DNA from: Candidatus Liptonbacteria bacterium
Lineage (GTDB): Bacteria > Patescibacteriota > Minisyncoccia > UBA6257 > 2-01-FULL-56-20
Direction of reading: 5' to 3'
Assembly (NCBI GenBank): GCA_016867315.1
Contig: VGJV01000001.1
Span: 130,649 to 194,648 of the forward strand
Length of the DNA: 64,000 bases
The position numbers and the translations under genes are program-made. Numbering within the stretch: position 1 is the first letter of the stretch; each line of letters begins with the position of its first letter. The notes under the pieces were generated by a model. That model was not told where the DNA came from. It did no database searches and saw only the letters and a program-made list of their open reading frames with translations. Below, one piece after another: positions 53,257-62,913 of the stretch.

Positions 53257-53838
53257 ATGAATCTTGTTCCTACAGTTATCGAAAAATCCCAATATGGAGA
53301 GCGTGCGTATGACATTTACTCCCGGCTGCTCAAAGAGCGGATCATTTTCCTTGGAGGACCGGTAACAGATGCGGTGGCGAACACAGTGATTGCCCAGCTT
53401 CTTTTCTTGGAGCACGAGGATCCTAAGAAGGACATCAAACTTTACCTGAATACTCCCGGAGGGTCGGTGACGGCGGGACTTGCGATCTATGACACGATGC
53501 AGTACGTGAAGCCAGATGTGGCCACGATGTGCGTGGGGATGGCAGCTTCGATGGGCGCAGTACTTCTCGCGGCAGGCACAAAAAGTAAACGATTCGCGTT
53601 GCCTAACTCCGAAATTTTGCTTCACCAAGTGATGGGAGGAGTAGAAGGGCAAGCTATCGAAGTGGAGATCACCGCGCGGCATATCATCAAGATCAAAGAC
53701 AAGATCAATCAGATTCTTGCGAAGCACACCGGGCAAGCGATAGGAAAAATTGAAAAAGACACTGATCGCGACTTTTATATGTCTGCTCAGGAGGCGAGAG
53801 ATTATGGGCTAGTGGATGAGATTATAAAGAGCAGTTAA
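53257..53838 (+). CDS. clpP: ATP-dependent Clp protease proteolytic subunit
   Basis: Catalytic Ser context GMAASMG, plus His and Asp; 193 aa. Confidence 0.9.
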   Translation: MNLVPTVIEKSQYGERAYDIYSRLLKERIIFLGGPVTDAVANTVIAQLLFLEHEDPKKDIKLYLNTPGGSVTAGLAIYDTMQYVKPDVATMCVGMAASMGAVLLAAGTKSKRFALPNSEILLHQVMGGVEGQAIEVEITARHIIKIKDKINQILAKHTGQAIGKIEKDTDRDFYMSAQEARDYGLVDEIIKSS

Positions 53839-53882
53839 AAGCAAAAGCCGCCCTTTCTTGAGAGTCAGGACGGCTCGCTGAT

Positions 53883-55211
53883 TTATTTTTTTTGGAAACT
53901 GGGCGTGCTGCGAAGCCAGTTTTCCAAGAGTAGCTTTATAATTCGTGTCTCCACAAATGATGGGAGAAACTCGAGAAGGAGGAGCTCGGCAAGTAAGCTT
54001 ACCACTCCATCAGGCCGGATAGTCCGATCGGGATCCTGAATCGTGCCTGTGAGGAATTTGTTCCGCTCATATCCCGTGATAATTCCCGGCCTTTCATTGG
54101 TGATCATTTCTGCCAGGATAATTACTCCCAATTTATGCATAAACTCTCTCCAAGGAGGGAATTCATCGGGGTTTTTCCCGAGGAGAATGCAGAAGTCGGC
54201 AGGTGCAGCTACAACTTCTGTAATCTCGGGCGTAATTTTCCCCGGAAGATCAGCGAGCACTATGTCTGCTCCCGAGCGCACGGTTTGGTGTACGTGTTCG
54301 AGTGCAGCCCATGCCATTTCTTGGGTCCAGGGACGTTTAAGCGCACTCGTTTCAGCTCTAATTTTGCCCCTACCCTTTTCGATGGCATCGCTCGTGGGGG
54401 TTGCGAGATCCATAGTAACTCGCTTTACCTGGAGTGTTGTATTTTCCCATCCCCGGTATGTCGAAAGAGTGTGAAGAATACATTGCATGTGCAACATGAG
54501 CGAGGTGGCAAGGGTGCTTTTCCCTACGCCAGGATTGCCGCCAATGACGCCGAAGAGACGCTTGCCTTTGAGATCGCATATCCTTCCAGCTTTGAGGTCT
54601 TGGAGCGTGAGCGCTGTAACTTCTTGGTTTCCTTCGCGCATGGAGATGGGGATGAATACTCGTCGCTCTCCCATGGGCCTACGTTGTCCGTTGATTTCCG
54701 AAATGTCTGGATCGGGAACATGATCGGGACCAATCCATTCTTTCCATGGACTTATTTTCCTGACCAGATATTGATTGAAATAAAGGACCGCTTTTTCAAG
54801 AATCTGTCGCGGCGTGTGGTGGTGCAAGGTGAGTCGCAGAAACCCCACCATCAGATTTCCCAGGCGTTTGTGGTGTTCCGCATCCATGCTGTTTCCTGAG
54901 AAGTAGTTCAGCATCTTGAGAAGAAGCGTCTGCTCTTCGTGCGGAGCCCGTTCCCTAATGAGTTCTTGGAGTTTATCCACGAGCCTGTTATCTTTGGATT
55001 TTTTGAGAAGTGCGATGCGGCAAACTGCTTCGTTCCCAAAAAAGTGGATCAGTGCAGCGCTTTCTCCATATCCTCCTTCGCGATGATGGTGGTATTTGAT
55101 AATCACCTCATTACTTAGCATTCCCAGTTTCCTGAACAGGAAGAAGGCGAATGCTACTGCGGGGGGGATGGGGTTGGGTACGAGAAAAACCCTTATGAGA
55201 AGTTTATCCAT
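53883..55211 (-). CDS. uncharacterised two-domain protein: His-rich N-terminal domain plus C-terminal P-loop NTPase/kinase-like domain
   Basis: Walker A VIGGNPGVGKSTLATS and Walker B IVLADLPG. The N-terminus contains IIKYHHHREGGYGES and LTLHHH. The start codon is uncertain. Confidence 0.35.
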   Translation of the reverse strand: MDKLLIRVFLVPNPIPPAVAFAFFLFRKLGMLSNEVIIKYHHHREGGYGESAALIHFFGNEAVCRIALLKKSKDNRLVDKLQELIRERAPHEEQTLLLKMLNYFSGNSMDAEHHKRLGNLMVGFLRLTLHHHTPRQILEKAVLYFNQYLVRKISPWKEWIGPDHVPDPDISEINGQRRPMGERRVFIPISMREGNQEVTALTLQDLKAGRICDLKGKRLFGVIGGNPGVGKSTLATSLMLHMQCILHTLSTYRGWENTTLQVKRVTMDLATPTSDAIEKGRGKIRAETSALKRPWTQEMAWAALEHVHQTVRSGADIVLADLPGKITPEITEVVAAPADFCILLGKNPDEFPPWREFMHKLGVIILAEMITNERPGIITGYERNKFLTGTIQDPDRTIRPDGVVSLLAELLLLEFLPSFVETRIIKLLLENWLRSTPSFQKK

Positions 55212-55346
55212 ACTTCCTCCTTCCTTGTTAAGTTTTCAATATACTGTCGGTGAGAGGCGGATGCCGCGCATTCAGTATTCACAACCTACCAAAAGCAAGG
55301 AGGGGAAGGCAAGAGACGCTCGCCTGAACCCGAATTTTCTTGTAGA

Positions 55347-56609
55347 ATGGGAACCATGCGAAAAGCGGACGAGGCACGGATTGAGCAGCTCCTCACGCGC
55401 AATGTGGAGCACGTGATCGATAAGGGGCACCTCAAAGAGAAGCTTCGAAGTGGGAAGAAGCTGCGCATTAAATTAGGAATCGATCCTACTTCTCCTGATT
55501 TACACCTCGGGCACGCAGTCGTGCTCTGGAAGCTTCGCGAGTTTCAGGATTTAGGGCACACGATTGTCCTTATTATCGGAGATTTTACTGCCCAAGTCGG
55601 AGACCCTTCCGGGAAGACTCGTACGCGTCCACCGCTTACGGAGGCCGAGGTGAAGCGTAATATGAAAGATTATATTGCGCAGGCTTCGCGGGTGCTCAAC
55701 ATGAGAAAAGTAGAAATTCACTACAACAGTGAATGGCTCAAAAAATTGGATGGGAAAAAGATGTTGCAGCTCCTTGCCTCGCTCACTACGCAGCAGATTT
55801 TGGAACGAGAAGATTTTCAGAAGCGATTGGGAGCGAATCAACCGGTGCATCTTCATGAGCTTATTTACCCCGTACTTCAGGCGTATGATTCCGTAGCTAT
55901 CAAGGCAGATTTGGAATGTGGCGGGACGGATCAGCTCTTGAATTTGCTTGTGGGTAGAACTCTTATGGGAAGGAGAGAGCTGCCCCCGCAAGATGTGCTT
56001 ACCGTGCCTCTCCTTGAGGGGCTTGATGGGGTACGCAAGATGAGCAAGAGCCTCAAGAATTATATTTCTCTTTCCGAAGAACCCCACGAAATGTATGGGA
56101 AAGTTATGTCTATCCCCGATTCTCTTATTGTTAGGTATTTTTGGCTTACCACTGATGTGGCGGAACGGGAAATAAAGGATTTTGAATTCAAGCTTGCAAA
56201 TCGCCAGGTGAATCCCAAAGAAGTGAAATCTCGTTTGGCATTTGAAATCGTGCAACGCTATCACGGAGAAAAAGCGGCGCAGGCGGCGATCGAGCGCTTC
56301 GATACATTGTTTTCTAAGGGAGAATTGAGCGGGGAACTTCCCACGCTTGTGTTGCAAAGTGCGAAAGCTGCGGAAGCGGTGCCCGCGCTCGAAGCTGTAA
56401 AAATTCCCGCGGTAGAAATTGTTGTAGCTTCGAAGCTTGCGGAGAGTAAGAGTGAAGCTCGCAGACTTGTGCTTCAAGGGGGCCTGCGCGTAAACAATGC
56501 CGCTTATAAAAACCCTGCCGAGCTTGTATTTATACGCACGGGAGATGCGGTGAAAATCGGGAAACGGCATTTTTTCCGGGTAAAAGTAGAGTTTCAGCCC
56601 GGGGCTTGA
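55347..56609 (+). CDS. tyrS: tyrosine--tRNA ligase
   Basis: HIGH-like PDLHLGHAV, KMSKS motif present, C-terminal S4-like domain. Confidence 0.9.
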   Translation: MGTMRKADEARIEQLLTRNVEHVIDKGHLKEKLRSGKKLRIKLGIDPTSPDLHLGHAVVLWKLREFQDLGHTIVLIIGDFTAQVGDPSGKTRTRPPLTEAEVKRNMKDYIAQASRVLNMRKVEIHYNSEWLKKLDGKKMLQLLASLTTQQILEREDFQKRLGANQPVHLHELIYPVLQAYDSVAIKADLECGGTDQLLNLLVGRTLMGRRELPPQDVLTVPLLEGLDGVRKMSKSLKNYISLSEEPHEMYGKVMSIPDSLIVRYFWLTTDVAEREIKDFEFKLANRQVNPKEVKSRLAFEIVQRYHGEKAAQAAIERFDTLFSKGELSGELPTLVLQSAKAAEAVPALEAVKIPAVEIVVASKLAESKSEARRLVLQGGLRVNNAAYKNPAELVFIRTGDAVKIGKRHFFRVKVEFQPGA

Positions 56610-56656
56610 GGAGGAGGAGGGAAGTAGGTAGTATGTGTAAGGCAAAAGTACCAGGC

Positions 56657-56727
56657 GCGGGTATCGTATAATGGCATTACCTCAGCTTTCCAAGCTGATG
56701 ACAGGGGTTCGATTCCCCTTACCCGCT
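56657..56727 (+). tRNA. tRNA-Gly (anticodon UCC)
   Basis: Manual cloverleaf: acceptor GCGGGTA/TACCCGC, anticodon stem TCAGC/GCTGA with loop TTTCCAA, T-arm AGGGG-TTCGATT-CCCCT, discriminator T. Confidence 0.7.
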
Positions 56728-56913
56728 CACTGAAATTAAAACGCTCATCGTAAGGTGGGTGTTTTAATTTTAGCTTGATGAGTAGGGGAATCGAACTAGC
56801 AGCGCCCCGTGTTGGAGAGCGTGGAGAACCAGAAGTGTCCGCCGCGATCGCGCGCGGACCTTTCACGGGATTGATTATTTTTGGGGGATACGGTACAAAG
56901 TCTACGTATAGAC

Positions 56914-57501
56914 ATGTCTCGGCGCCTTACATTATTCGCAATATTTGCCTTTATCGTTCTCGGAGGATATGGGGTGAGTCGGCTGTTTTCTTTCTCCCGC
57001 ACTATTCCTTCAGAATTTCAGGATGCTCGGTTGCGCGGTGCCCTCATTGCGCAGAACATCGTGAATCTTTCGAACGATTCGGCGAAGAATTTAGAGAAGA
57101 TAAACGAGCTTGACAAGAAGGGGCAATTTACGGAGGCGCTTTCCATCACTACTGCCGCGGCCAAACAGAGCGCGGATATTCGAGATCAAGCAGTGGCGCT
57201 CGCGGATGAGATTGGGAATATGACCAAGGCGCTTTCGGGCATTCAAGATTTTGGAGCTCGACAAGCGGCGCTCGAGTCCATTGCGAGCCGGTTGGCGCTT
57301 TTGAATAGACTTATTAATTACAGTAATTATTTAAGCGAACTCACCCAAGCGCTCGAAGCTCGATTTAAAGGAGTGCCGGGAGCGGCGCGGCAAGTGGCAG
57401 TCATTGTGAATCAGATCAATGCGGAGGTACAGGCAATCAACACCTTCAACAGTCAAGCCGGCCAAGCCATGGATCGGTTTGATTCGATAACAAAGCAGTA
57501 G
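56914..57501 (+). CDS. hypothetical membrane-anchored coiled-coil protein
   Basis: ATG at 56914 (the track ORF begins at an upstream TTG); one N-terminal TM helix. Confidence 0.3.
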   Translation: MSRRLTLFAIFAFIVLGGYGVSRLFSFSRTIPSEFQDARLRGALIAQNIVNLSNDSAKNLEKINELDKKGQFTEALSITTAAAKQSADIRDQAVALADEIGNMTKALSGIQDFGARQAALESIASRLALLNRLINYSNYLSELTQALEARFKGVPGAARQVAVIVNQINAEVQAINTFNSQAGQAMDRFDSITKQ

Positions 57502-57553
57502 CAGACTTTCGAACCTCTACTATGCTATAATTTAAGCATAGGTTGAAGGTTCT

Positions 57554-58222
57554 ATGGCTAAGAGAGCAGAGCAACAAATGGCTATTGAGTTGCGTAAACT
57601 CGGTAAGAGTTATCGAGAGATACGCAGCGTGTTAGGTGTGAGTAAAAGCACCTTGAGTTATTGGCTTCGTCCATTTCCTCTTTCTATGGAAAGATTACGA
57701 GAGGTTCGGGACTGGAATAGAAAAAGGATAGAAAATTATATTGCAACTCGTAGAAAGAAAAAGGAAGAGTTGTTGCATCAAATATATTCTGAGCAGGAGA
57801 AAGTTATTCTGCCTCTGAGTGACCGTGAACTCTTTTTAGGGGGACTTTTTCTTTACTGGGGAGAAGGCGCGAAATCGATGCGGGGAGAAATTTCGATTTC
57901 CAATACCAATCCGGGAATTATCAAGGCTTTTATACAGTGGGCGCAGCAGATTCTTAAGGTGGATCGCGGTCGTATTATTGTCAAACTACAGCTTTATTCT
58001 GATATGAATCCTCAAAAGGAAATGGGGATATGGGCGAAAGAGTTAGATATTCCTTTATCCCAATTTCGCTCTCCATATTTCAAAACCAGCAAATTTAATT
58101 CTCTTACTTACCGTAGGGGGTTCGGACATGGTACTTGCAATGTCTTTGTAAGAGATGCTACTTTAGCGAAGAAGGTTTTCATGGCATTGAAGGTTTTTGA
58201 AAATTACTTTAACGGCCTGTAG
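57554..58222 (+). CDS. N-terminal HTH plus LAGLIDADG-like endonuclease-fold protein; its 3' end overlaps the downstream tRNA by 10 nt
   Basis: HTH YREIRSVLGVSKSTLSYWLR; LAGLIDADG-like LFLGGLFLYWGEGAKS followed by ISISNTNPGIIKAFIQWAQQIL. Confidence 0.4.
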   Translation: MAKRAEQQMAIELRKLGKSYREIRSVLGVSKSTLSYWLRPFPLSMERLREVRDWNRKRIENYIATRRKKKEELLHQIYSEQEKVILPLSDRELFLGGLFLYWGEGAKSMRGEISISNTNPGIIKAFIQWAQQILKVDRGRIIVKLQLYSDMNPQKEMGIWAKELDIPLSQFRSPYFKTSKFNSLTYRRGFGHGTCNVFVRDATLAKKVFMALKVFENYFNGL

Positions 58223-58283
58223 CTCAATGGAAGAGCGGATGTCTTATACACTTCTGACGGAGGTTCGATTCCTCCCAGGCCGA
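58213..58283 (+). tRNA. tRNA with anticodon UAU (tRNA-Ile2-like)
   Basis: Manual fold: acceptor CGGCCTG/CAGGCCG, D-arm GCTC-AATGGAA-GAGC, anticodon stem GATGT/ACTTC (one U-U mismatch) with loop CTTATAC, T-arm GGAGG-TTCGATT-CCTCC, discriminator A. Confidence 0.55.
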
Positions 58284-58334
58284 CAGAGTATTTACTTTTA
58301 TTTCGCTCTAGCGAAGGCACGTGCACCACTATGT

Positions 58335-59666
58335 CTATCGAGACCATTTCAGCTCTTCGATTCGAGCGCGGATCGATTGCATCTGTTGCAGGAGAGAGTT
58401 TAGCCGAGCGCGGAGCACTTCGAGGGGGCTAGTTTGAGTTTCTGCATCTTCTTCTTCAACTTTCAAATCCTCGCTGTTCCACCAAGGTACTATAAGAAAG
58501 CCGTCATCGTCGAAGCGCAGCCCGGCGCCTTCCGCGCGGGCGGAGGGTATTCCCATATCCGAGAGGGAGGCGAGGAGGGAGCGTGCGGGTTTCTGTACTT
58601 GTTTTTGCGCGTTGCCTGCGATTTCAATTTCGTATCGAAAGTATTTCACTCCAGGAATGTCTGGGGTGACATTTTTCGAAGGCTCTTTCTTGCTTAATGG
58701 GATTAGCACTCGACAGTTTGCATCGAGTGACTTATTTCCAACGCGTATGGAAGCGCACGTCACCTGTTTTTCTTCTACCTCAAACATGGAATACCCGGAG
58801 AAAGGAAGGAGTTCATATGCTTTTACGGAAAGTGGCACGACCCACACAGGATTGGTTTTGAAAAGAATGTCTTCGCCTTTCTCTGTTATTTTTGCAGTAA
58901 TTCTCCCCGTAATAATTCCTCCATCTGGAGAGATTGCTCCCACCCCACCCTCAATGCATCCTTTTATAAGATCTCCAGGAAGTGTTTTGCACACTTCTTT
59001 CATAGTGCTCGGAATGATCTTTCGGGCTTCGGGGACTGTGAGGGTGAGGAGAGCGGCCGAATTTTCTACTACCGAGAACTTGGTGGACATTCCTGGGGTT
59101 TGGGTAATTGTTTCCCCTGTTCCTTTGTACGGTCTCATCTCGATATCTGGTTCGTCTTCGGCTTCTTTCCACCCGGAATCTGTACCCTTGGGACCGGTGC
59201 ACGATTTTCGTTCTTTATTTTCTTCCACAAAAATGTCTCCCTGAACTACTTTCACAAGACTTCGGATGGCGGAGAGAAATGTGTGCTCCTCGGTGCAAGA
59301 GTGAATCCCATAAGCCTTTTTCCACCATTGCTTGTAAAGGGTAACCTTCTTTGTGGAACTTTTTTCAAGAGGTGTTCTTTGTAAGAAGCCGGCACCGGGG
59401 ATTTGTCCTATAATTTCTTTTTTAATGAAGTTTCCTCTTGGGCTATACTCTTTTTTTATTTCTGTGTAGTAACTTTGGATAGAGTTACACATGTCACTTT
59501 CCTTGGAAGTGCAGGTGTAGGTAATTTGCTCCGTCTTTTTATACGAGGGATAAGAAATTATAGCTCCGAGGTCCGTCGCTTCTGCGTGGTATGGATTAAG
59601 ATAGAGGAGCCCACAAGTACTTATCACGCTCGCAAATAGGAGCGTGTTGCGTACCGATTTTTTCAT
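58335..59666 (-). CDS. secreted hypothetical protein (signal peptide, scattered Cys)
   Basis: N-terminal signal …LYLNPYHAEA; no family recognised. Confidence 0.35.
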   Translation of the reverse strand: MKKSVRNTLLFASVISTCGLLYLNPYHAEATDLGAIISYPSYKKTEQITYTCTSKESDMCNSIQSYYTEIKKEYSPRGNFIKKEIIGQIPGAGFLQRTPLEKSSTKKVTLYKQWWKKAYGIHSCTEEHTFLSAIRSLVKVVQGDIFVEENKERKSCTGPKGTDSGWKEAEDEPDIEMRPYKGTGETITQTPGMSTKFSVVENSAALLTLTVPEARKIIPSTMKEVCKTLPGDLIKGCIEGGVGAISPDGGIITGRITAKITEKGEDILFKTNPVWVVPLSVKAYELLPFSGYSMFEVEEKQVTCASIRVGNKSLDANCRVLIPLSKKEPSKNVTPDIPGVKYFRYEIEIAGNAQKQVQKPARSLLASLSDMGIPSARAEGAGLRFDDDGFLIVPWWNSEDLKVEEEDAETQTSPLEVLRARLNSLLQQMQSIRARIEELKWSR

Positions 59667-59688
59667 TCTTTCAGTATACCAAATCTTC

Positions 59689-61545
59689 CTACGCCCCCAC
59701 CGGTTTGATTTTGAAAGGCTTGAGGAGGCTCACAAATTCCTCTTGCTCCAGCGTTTCTCTTTCGATAAGTGCCCCCGCAATTGCTTTGAGGGCGGATTTA
59801 TGCGTACGGATCAATTTTTCCGCGGTGGTGTAAGCTCGCGCAATGAAGGATTTCACTTCTTCATCGATTTCCGCGGCTACTTTCTCCGAATAATCTTTTT
59901 CGGTGGCAATTTCTCTTCCCAGAAATATCATCTCTTCGGTTTTACCAAATGTTTGTGGGCCCAGTTTCTCGCTCATGCCATATCTCATTACCAGCCTTCT
60001 CGCGAGTTCGGTGGCTTGCTTCAGATCGCTCGAAGCGCCGGTGGAGACGTCTCCAAATGTAAGTTTTTCCGACACATAGCCGCCGAGCATCATGGCGAGA
60101 TCAGTCAAAAATTGCTGCCGCGTGCGGAGGTGCTGTTCTTCTATCGGCAGTTTCATCGTGTATCCTCCGGCAGTGCCTCGGCTGATAATCGAAACTTTGT
60201 GTATGGGATCCGCGTTTTTCAAGGAAGCGGCGGTTAACGCATGCCCGGCTTCGTGATATGCCGTAATTTCTTTTTCTCGGGGAGAAATGGCTCGGCTTTT
60301 CCGTTCCGGTCCTAGGAGGACCTTTTCCACGGAGCTGAAGAGATCTTCTTGAGTCACTTGTTTCTTATTTTGGCGGGCGGCAAGAATAGCAGCTTCATTC
60401 ATGAGATTCGCGATATCTGCGCCGGAGAAACCCGGAGTGCGAACTGCCACTTTGCGGAGATCTACCTCCGGAACAATCGCTTTGCCTCGCGCATGAATTT
60501 TTAGAATTTCTTCGCGGTCGTTCAAGTCGGGGAGATCCAAAATTACTCGACGGTCAAAGCGGCCTGGGCGGAGGAGAGCGGGGTCTAAAATATCGGGTCT
60601 GTTCGTCGCAGCGAGGACAATTACGCGAGTTTCGCGATCGAAGCCGTCCAGTTCCACGAGGATCTGGTTTAAGGTTTGTTCCCGTTCGTCGTTCCCGCCA
60701 CCGAGGCCGGCGCCACGCTGACGGCCTACCGCGTCTATTTCATCGATAAAAAGAATGGCCGGAGCGGCTTTCTTTGCGACTGCAAAGGCATCGCGTGTGC
60801 GGGAAGCTCCTACTCCTACAAAAAGTTCTACAAACTCAGAAGCAGATATATAGAAGAAGGGAACATTCGATTCGCCGGCGACTGCTCGCGCAATAAGGGT
60901 TTTGCCGGTGCCGGGAGGGCCCATGAGGAGTACGCCACGAGGAATTCTGGCGCCGAGATCCAAAAACTTTTTAGGGTTCTTCAAAAAATCTACAATTTCT
61001 ACTAGTTCTTCTTTGGCTTCTTTGAGGCCCGCCACGTCCTTAAAGGTAACCTTCTCTTTCTCAAAGGTGGTGAGGCGAATATTCGAGCGGCCGAAGCTGA
61101 AGGCTTGATTGGCTCCGCTTCTCGCCTGACGGAACATAAGCCAGAAGAAAAAGCCGATCGCGAGAATAGGAAGCAGCGTGGGGATCAAGATGCCTGCCCA
61201 GAATTGCCAACCGGAAGGGCTTTGCACCGCCATATTCACTTTTTGCAAAGCTTCCGGAGCTACTCCTAGATTTTTGAATGTCTCGGTAAATCCTGCCTCG
61301 GTTTCTTTTTTGGAGTAGGCGGTTTTATCATTTTGGAGTTTTACTACGAGATCATCTCCGTTCACTGTTACTTCTTTTACTTCTCCGGCGGCGATTTTTT
61401 GCGCGAGTTGGCTCAAACTCAATTTTTCCGGGGCAGGGGAATTCGCTCCAAAAAGCGAGAACAGAAACGAAATAAGTACTAAGGTGAGAAACGCCCAGGC
61501 GATATTTTTAAAGATATTGGACATATTGGAAGTGTTTTGATTCAT
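59689..61545 (-). CDS. ftsH: ATP-dependent zinc metalloprotease FtsH
   Basis: AAA motifs [17 protein letters not shown] and zinc motif HEAGHAL. The first ATG is 9 codons inside the track ORF, which begins at TTG 61572. Confidence 0.9.
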   Translation of the reverse strand: MNQNTSNMSNIFKNIAWAFLTLVLISFLFSLFGANSPAPEKLSLSQLAQKIAAGEVKEVTVNGDDLVVKLQNDKTAYSKKETEAGFTETFKNLGVAPEALQKVNMAVQSPSGWQFWAGILIPTLLPILAIGFFFWLMFRQARSGANQAFSFGRSNIRLTTFEKEKVTFKDVAGLKEAKEELVEIVDFLKNPKKFLDLGARIPRGVLLMGPPGTGKTLIARAVAGESNVPFFYISASEFVELFVGVGASRTRDAFAVAKKAAPAILFIDEIDAVGRQRGAGLGGGNDEREQTLNQILVELDGFDRETRVIVLAATNRPDILDPALLRPGRFDRRVILDLPDLNDREEILKIHARGKAIVPEVDLRKVAVRTPGFSGADIANLMNEAAILAARQNKKQVTQEDLFSSVEKVLLGPERKSRAISPREKEITAYHEAGHALTAASLKNADPIHKVSIISRGTAGGYTMKLPIEEQHLRTRQQFLTDLAMMLGGYVSEKLTFGDVSTGASSDLKQATELARRLVMRYGMSEKLGPQTFGKTEEMIFLGREIATEKDYSEKVAAEIDEEVKSFIARAYTTAEKLIRTHKSALKAIAGALIERETLEQEEFVSLLKPFKIKPVGA

Positions 61546-61592
61546 TTCAGCATAGTAAAAAAGAACGCTCAAGTCAAAGAAAATTTTTGTTT

Positions 61593-61608
61593 GGGTGACG
61601 CGTCACCC
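61593..61608. promoter_or_regulatory. perfect 16-bp palindrome GGGTGACGCGTCACCC upstream of the ftsH promoter region
   Basis: Read directly. A TTGACT-14-TACTAT promoter-like element on the minus strand ends 6 nt before the ftsH ATG. Confidence 0.3.
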
Positions 61609-61747
61609 TGATTAAATCTTCTTATTGTGGAGCTTTAGAGATGGTTATTGTATTAAGAAAACGAAGGTTTGGTTTAGTATTTGTTTTAATTTTGGCTATC
61701 CACAGAACGGATAGTTTACCTTATAAAAATAGATTTATAATTTAATT

Positions 61748-62242
61748 ATGCCGATTGTTTCCTGCAAAATCTGCAAAACAAAATTTTATGCGAAGCCTTT
61801 TTGGGTCGCGCGAGGTTTTGGGAAGTATTGTTCGGCAAATTGCCAACACATCGGAAGAAGGAATGGACGAATCGTGCTTTGTGAGATTTGTGGCAAGGAA
61901 GTTTATAAGCCAGGGAGAGCATTGAGACATTCGAAAAGTGGAAAACATTTTTGCGGTAGATCCTGCCAGACAAAATGGAGGAATATTGTTTTTGTGGGCA
62001 AGAGACATGCAAATTGGAGAACGGGACGGTTTGCTTATAAAACTGTTCTGCGGCGTCATAAAATCCCGGAAATATGTGGACTTTGTCGCACGAAAGATGG
62101 GAGAGTCTTGGCAACTCACCATATCGATGGTAATAATAAGAACCACTCCTTAAAGAATCTTATGTGGCTTTGTCATAATTGCCATTTTTTGATTCATCAT
62201 TATGATGAGGAGCGGAAGAAGCTTATGGTGCCCATAGTGTAA
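61748..62242 (+). CDS. HNH endonuclease with N-terminal zinc-ribbon repeats; its last 16 nt overlap the 5' end of tRNA-His
   Basis: HHIDGNNKNHSLKNLMWLCHNCHFLIHH HNH motif and CxxC…CxxC pairs. Confidence 0.7.
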   Translation: MPIVSCKICKTKFYAKPFWVARGFGKYCSANCQHIGRRNGRIVLCEICGKEVYKPGRALRHSKSGKHFCGRSCQTKWRNIVFVGKRHANWRTGRFAYKTVLRRHKIPEICGLCRTKDGRVLATHHIDGNNKNHSLKNLMWLCHNCHFLIHHYDEERKKLMVPIV

Positions 62243-62298
62243 CGGCAACACTAGAGTTTGTGGAACTCTCATTACGGGTTCGAATCCCGTTGGGCACC
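62227..62298 (+). tRNA. tRNA-His (anticodon GUG) with encoded G-1
   Basis: Manual fold: G-1 paired to C73, acceptor GTGCCCA/TGGGCAC, D-arm GTGT-AACGGCA-ACAC, anticodon stem AGAGT/ACTCT with loop TTGTGGA, T-arm ACGGG-TTCGAAT-CCCGT. Confidence 0.7.
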
Positions 62299-62397
62299 CA
62301 TGAATACGAAGTCGAATACTTGCCAGGTATGCCACGGGAGTCTTGTATCGGCAATATTGATTCGAGCCATAAAATCTTTATTCTAGAGATAACCGAT

Positions 62398-62913
62398 ATG
62401 AATCCTGAATCCCAAAACAAAAGGCCATCGTGGGACGAATATTTCATGAGTATCGCGGAGTTGGTGGGAAGCCGCGGGACCTGCTCGCGCGGGAGGTCGG
62501 GGTGCGTGGTGGCCAAAGACAAACGGATACTCGTCACGGGGTATGTGGGCTCGCCTGTGGGGCTGGCCCATTGCGATGATGTGGGGCACCAAATGCACCT
62601 CGTCACGCATGAGGATACTACGGTAACAGAACACTGTATTCGCACTGCGCATGCGGAGCAAAATGCTATCGCCCAAGCCGCGAAAATTGGGGTTTCTCTC
62701 GAGGGAGCGACGCTCTACTGTCACATGACTCCTTGTTACACCTGTGCGAAGATCTTGATCAACGCAGGAATAAAAAAGGTGGTGGCTTTGAAGGATTATC
62801 AGGCGAGCAAAGACACGAAAGAAGTTTTTGCGCAGAGCGGGGTGAAGCTCCAAGTTTTGAATCCCGAGGTCGAGGATTATTCGAGCGATCGCTTTATGAA
62901 ACATGAAGCTTAA
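62398..62913 (+). CDS. dCMP/cytidine deaminase-family protein (ComEB-like)
   Basis: HAEQNAI and PCYTCAKILINAGI zinc-binding motifs. Start taken at MNPESQNKRPSWDEYF, since the upstream track extension overlaps tRNA-His. Confidence 0.75.
   Translation: MNPESQNKRPSWDEYFMSIAELVGSRGTCSRGRSGCVVAKDKRILVTGYVGSPVGLAHCDDVGHQMHLVTHEDTTVTEHCIRTAHAEQNAIAQAAKIGVSLEGATLYCHMTPCYTCAKILINAGIKKVVALKDYQASKDTKEVFAQSGVKLQVLNPEVEDYSSDRFMKHEA

Noticed and set aside
56775-57113. ORF immediately after tRNA-Gly (TTG start) overlapping the 56914..57501 gene in another frame
   Set aside because: It starts inside the tRNA terminator hairpin and has a low-complexity translation. The in-frame 56914 ATG ORF with a TM helix is the more plausible gene.
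62260-62397. Upstream extension of the dCMP deaminase ORF
   Set aside because: The extension overlaps tRNA-His. The conserved deaminase N-terminus (RPSWDEYF…) begins at the Met at 62398.
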